Source of the DNA: Lophium mytilinum
Taxonomy: Eukaryota
Assembly (NCBI GenBank): GCA_010093605.1
Contig: MU004203.1
Coordinates: 568,213-588,212 of the forward strand
DNA length: 20,000 nucleotides
Direction: 5' to 3'
How positions within the stretch are numbered: position 1 is the first letter of the stretch; each line of letters begins with the position of its first letter. Below, in pieces: positions 19,320 to 20,000 of this stretch. A program made the position numbers and the translations under genes. The notes below the pieces were generated by a model. That model was not told the origin of the DNA, did not search any database, and worked only from the letters and a program-made list of their open reading frames with translations.

Positions 19320-20000
19320 CAGCTTAGCCCTTATATAAATGCTAAAACTCTTCCGGTTAGCCTTTAGAGGCCTCCGGTTGTATCCTTCTTAAGTAGTATA
19401 TAGCTAAGACTTAGTATTATAGGGGTATTAAATAAGCCCGTTCTTTTTCTTTCTCTTATTACTTAGCTTTAGCTCTAGAATTTATTCTATTCTTCTACTG
19501 TCTACTACTACCGCCGCTTCTACTATCTATTCTACTTTTTAGTCTAGTCTAGGTTTTAATTCTACTTTAGCTCTTATTCTTACTCTTATTACCGCTATTA
19601 TTTCTACTCTAACCGTAATGACAACGGTAGCTAATAATAATATTATTACTAGTGTCATTAGGTAACGGTAGTAAACAACGGTAGTAAACAACGGTAGTAA
19701 TAAAAAGGGTTAGTTTCTAAGAGTTCTTTATATAATTTAGTATTACTAGCATATATTTTATATAGGGACGCTAATTTAATAAGGGTTAGGCTATTTAAAT
19801 ATTAAATATATATATTTATTTTTATATATACTAATAATACTTAGAATATTTTAAGTAGTACTAGTATATACTATAATAGCGCTAGGCTAATACTAGATAT
19901 ACTAAGTAGATATAGTCTATTTAGATTTATATAGAAGCTAAGCTATACTACTTAATAATAATTATATATTAAACCCCTTTAAAAAAATAGTTTAATACTT
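19320..20000. repeat. Heavily RIP-mutated AT-rich sequence (probable repeat/TE relic), continuing past the window end
   Basis: Steep rise in AT content, near absence of CpA/TpG, abundant TpA (tag, cta, tat), while CpG/GpC survive. No ORFs. The element family cannot be identified. Confidence 0.8.
19664..19700. repeat. 13-bp tandem repeat AACGGTAGTAAAC, about 2.8 copies
   Basis: Copies at 19664, 19677 and 19690 (partial). A related ACAACGGTAG occurs at 19621. Confidence 0.8.

Noticed and set aside
19616..19660. Short inverted repeat TAATGACA..TGTCATTA as a possible TIR or hairpin
   Set aside because: The arms are only 8 bp in very AT-rich sequence, with no TSD or element body to support it.
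19704..19790. Telomere-like GGGTTAG(G) words (also TTTAGGG near 14295)
   Set aside because: They are isolated single copies rather than tandem arrays, and are expected by chance in RIP-mutated DNA.

Overview
Eukaryotic DNA, most likely from a filamentous ascomycete. Evidence: short GT..CTRAC..YAG introns, purine at -3 before the ATG starts, and a strong RIP-like TpA-rich/CpA-poor signature. The window looks like a lineage-specific accessory region next to a RIP-decayed AT-rich block. The left half (1-11.8 kb) holds intact, mostly intronless genes: five small orphan membrane proteins (three tandem single-pass proteins with PY-like tails), a secreted PAN/apple plus CBM4/9-like protein, a two-exon CtvD/AurD-like membrane protein and an F-box/ankyrin protein. 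The right half (11.9-20 kb) is largely decayed: a ~600-codon gene broken by TAA/TAG stops, a 19-bp-periodic motif cluster, a fragmented spliced gene, an array of five ~57-aa LRR-like coding repeats, and then heavily RIP-mutated sequence. No rRNA, tRNA, CRISPR array or recognisable transposase was seen. All family assignments come from manual motif recognition, not database searches.
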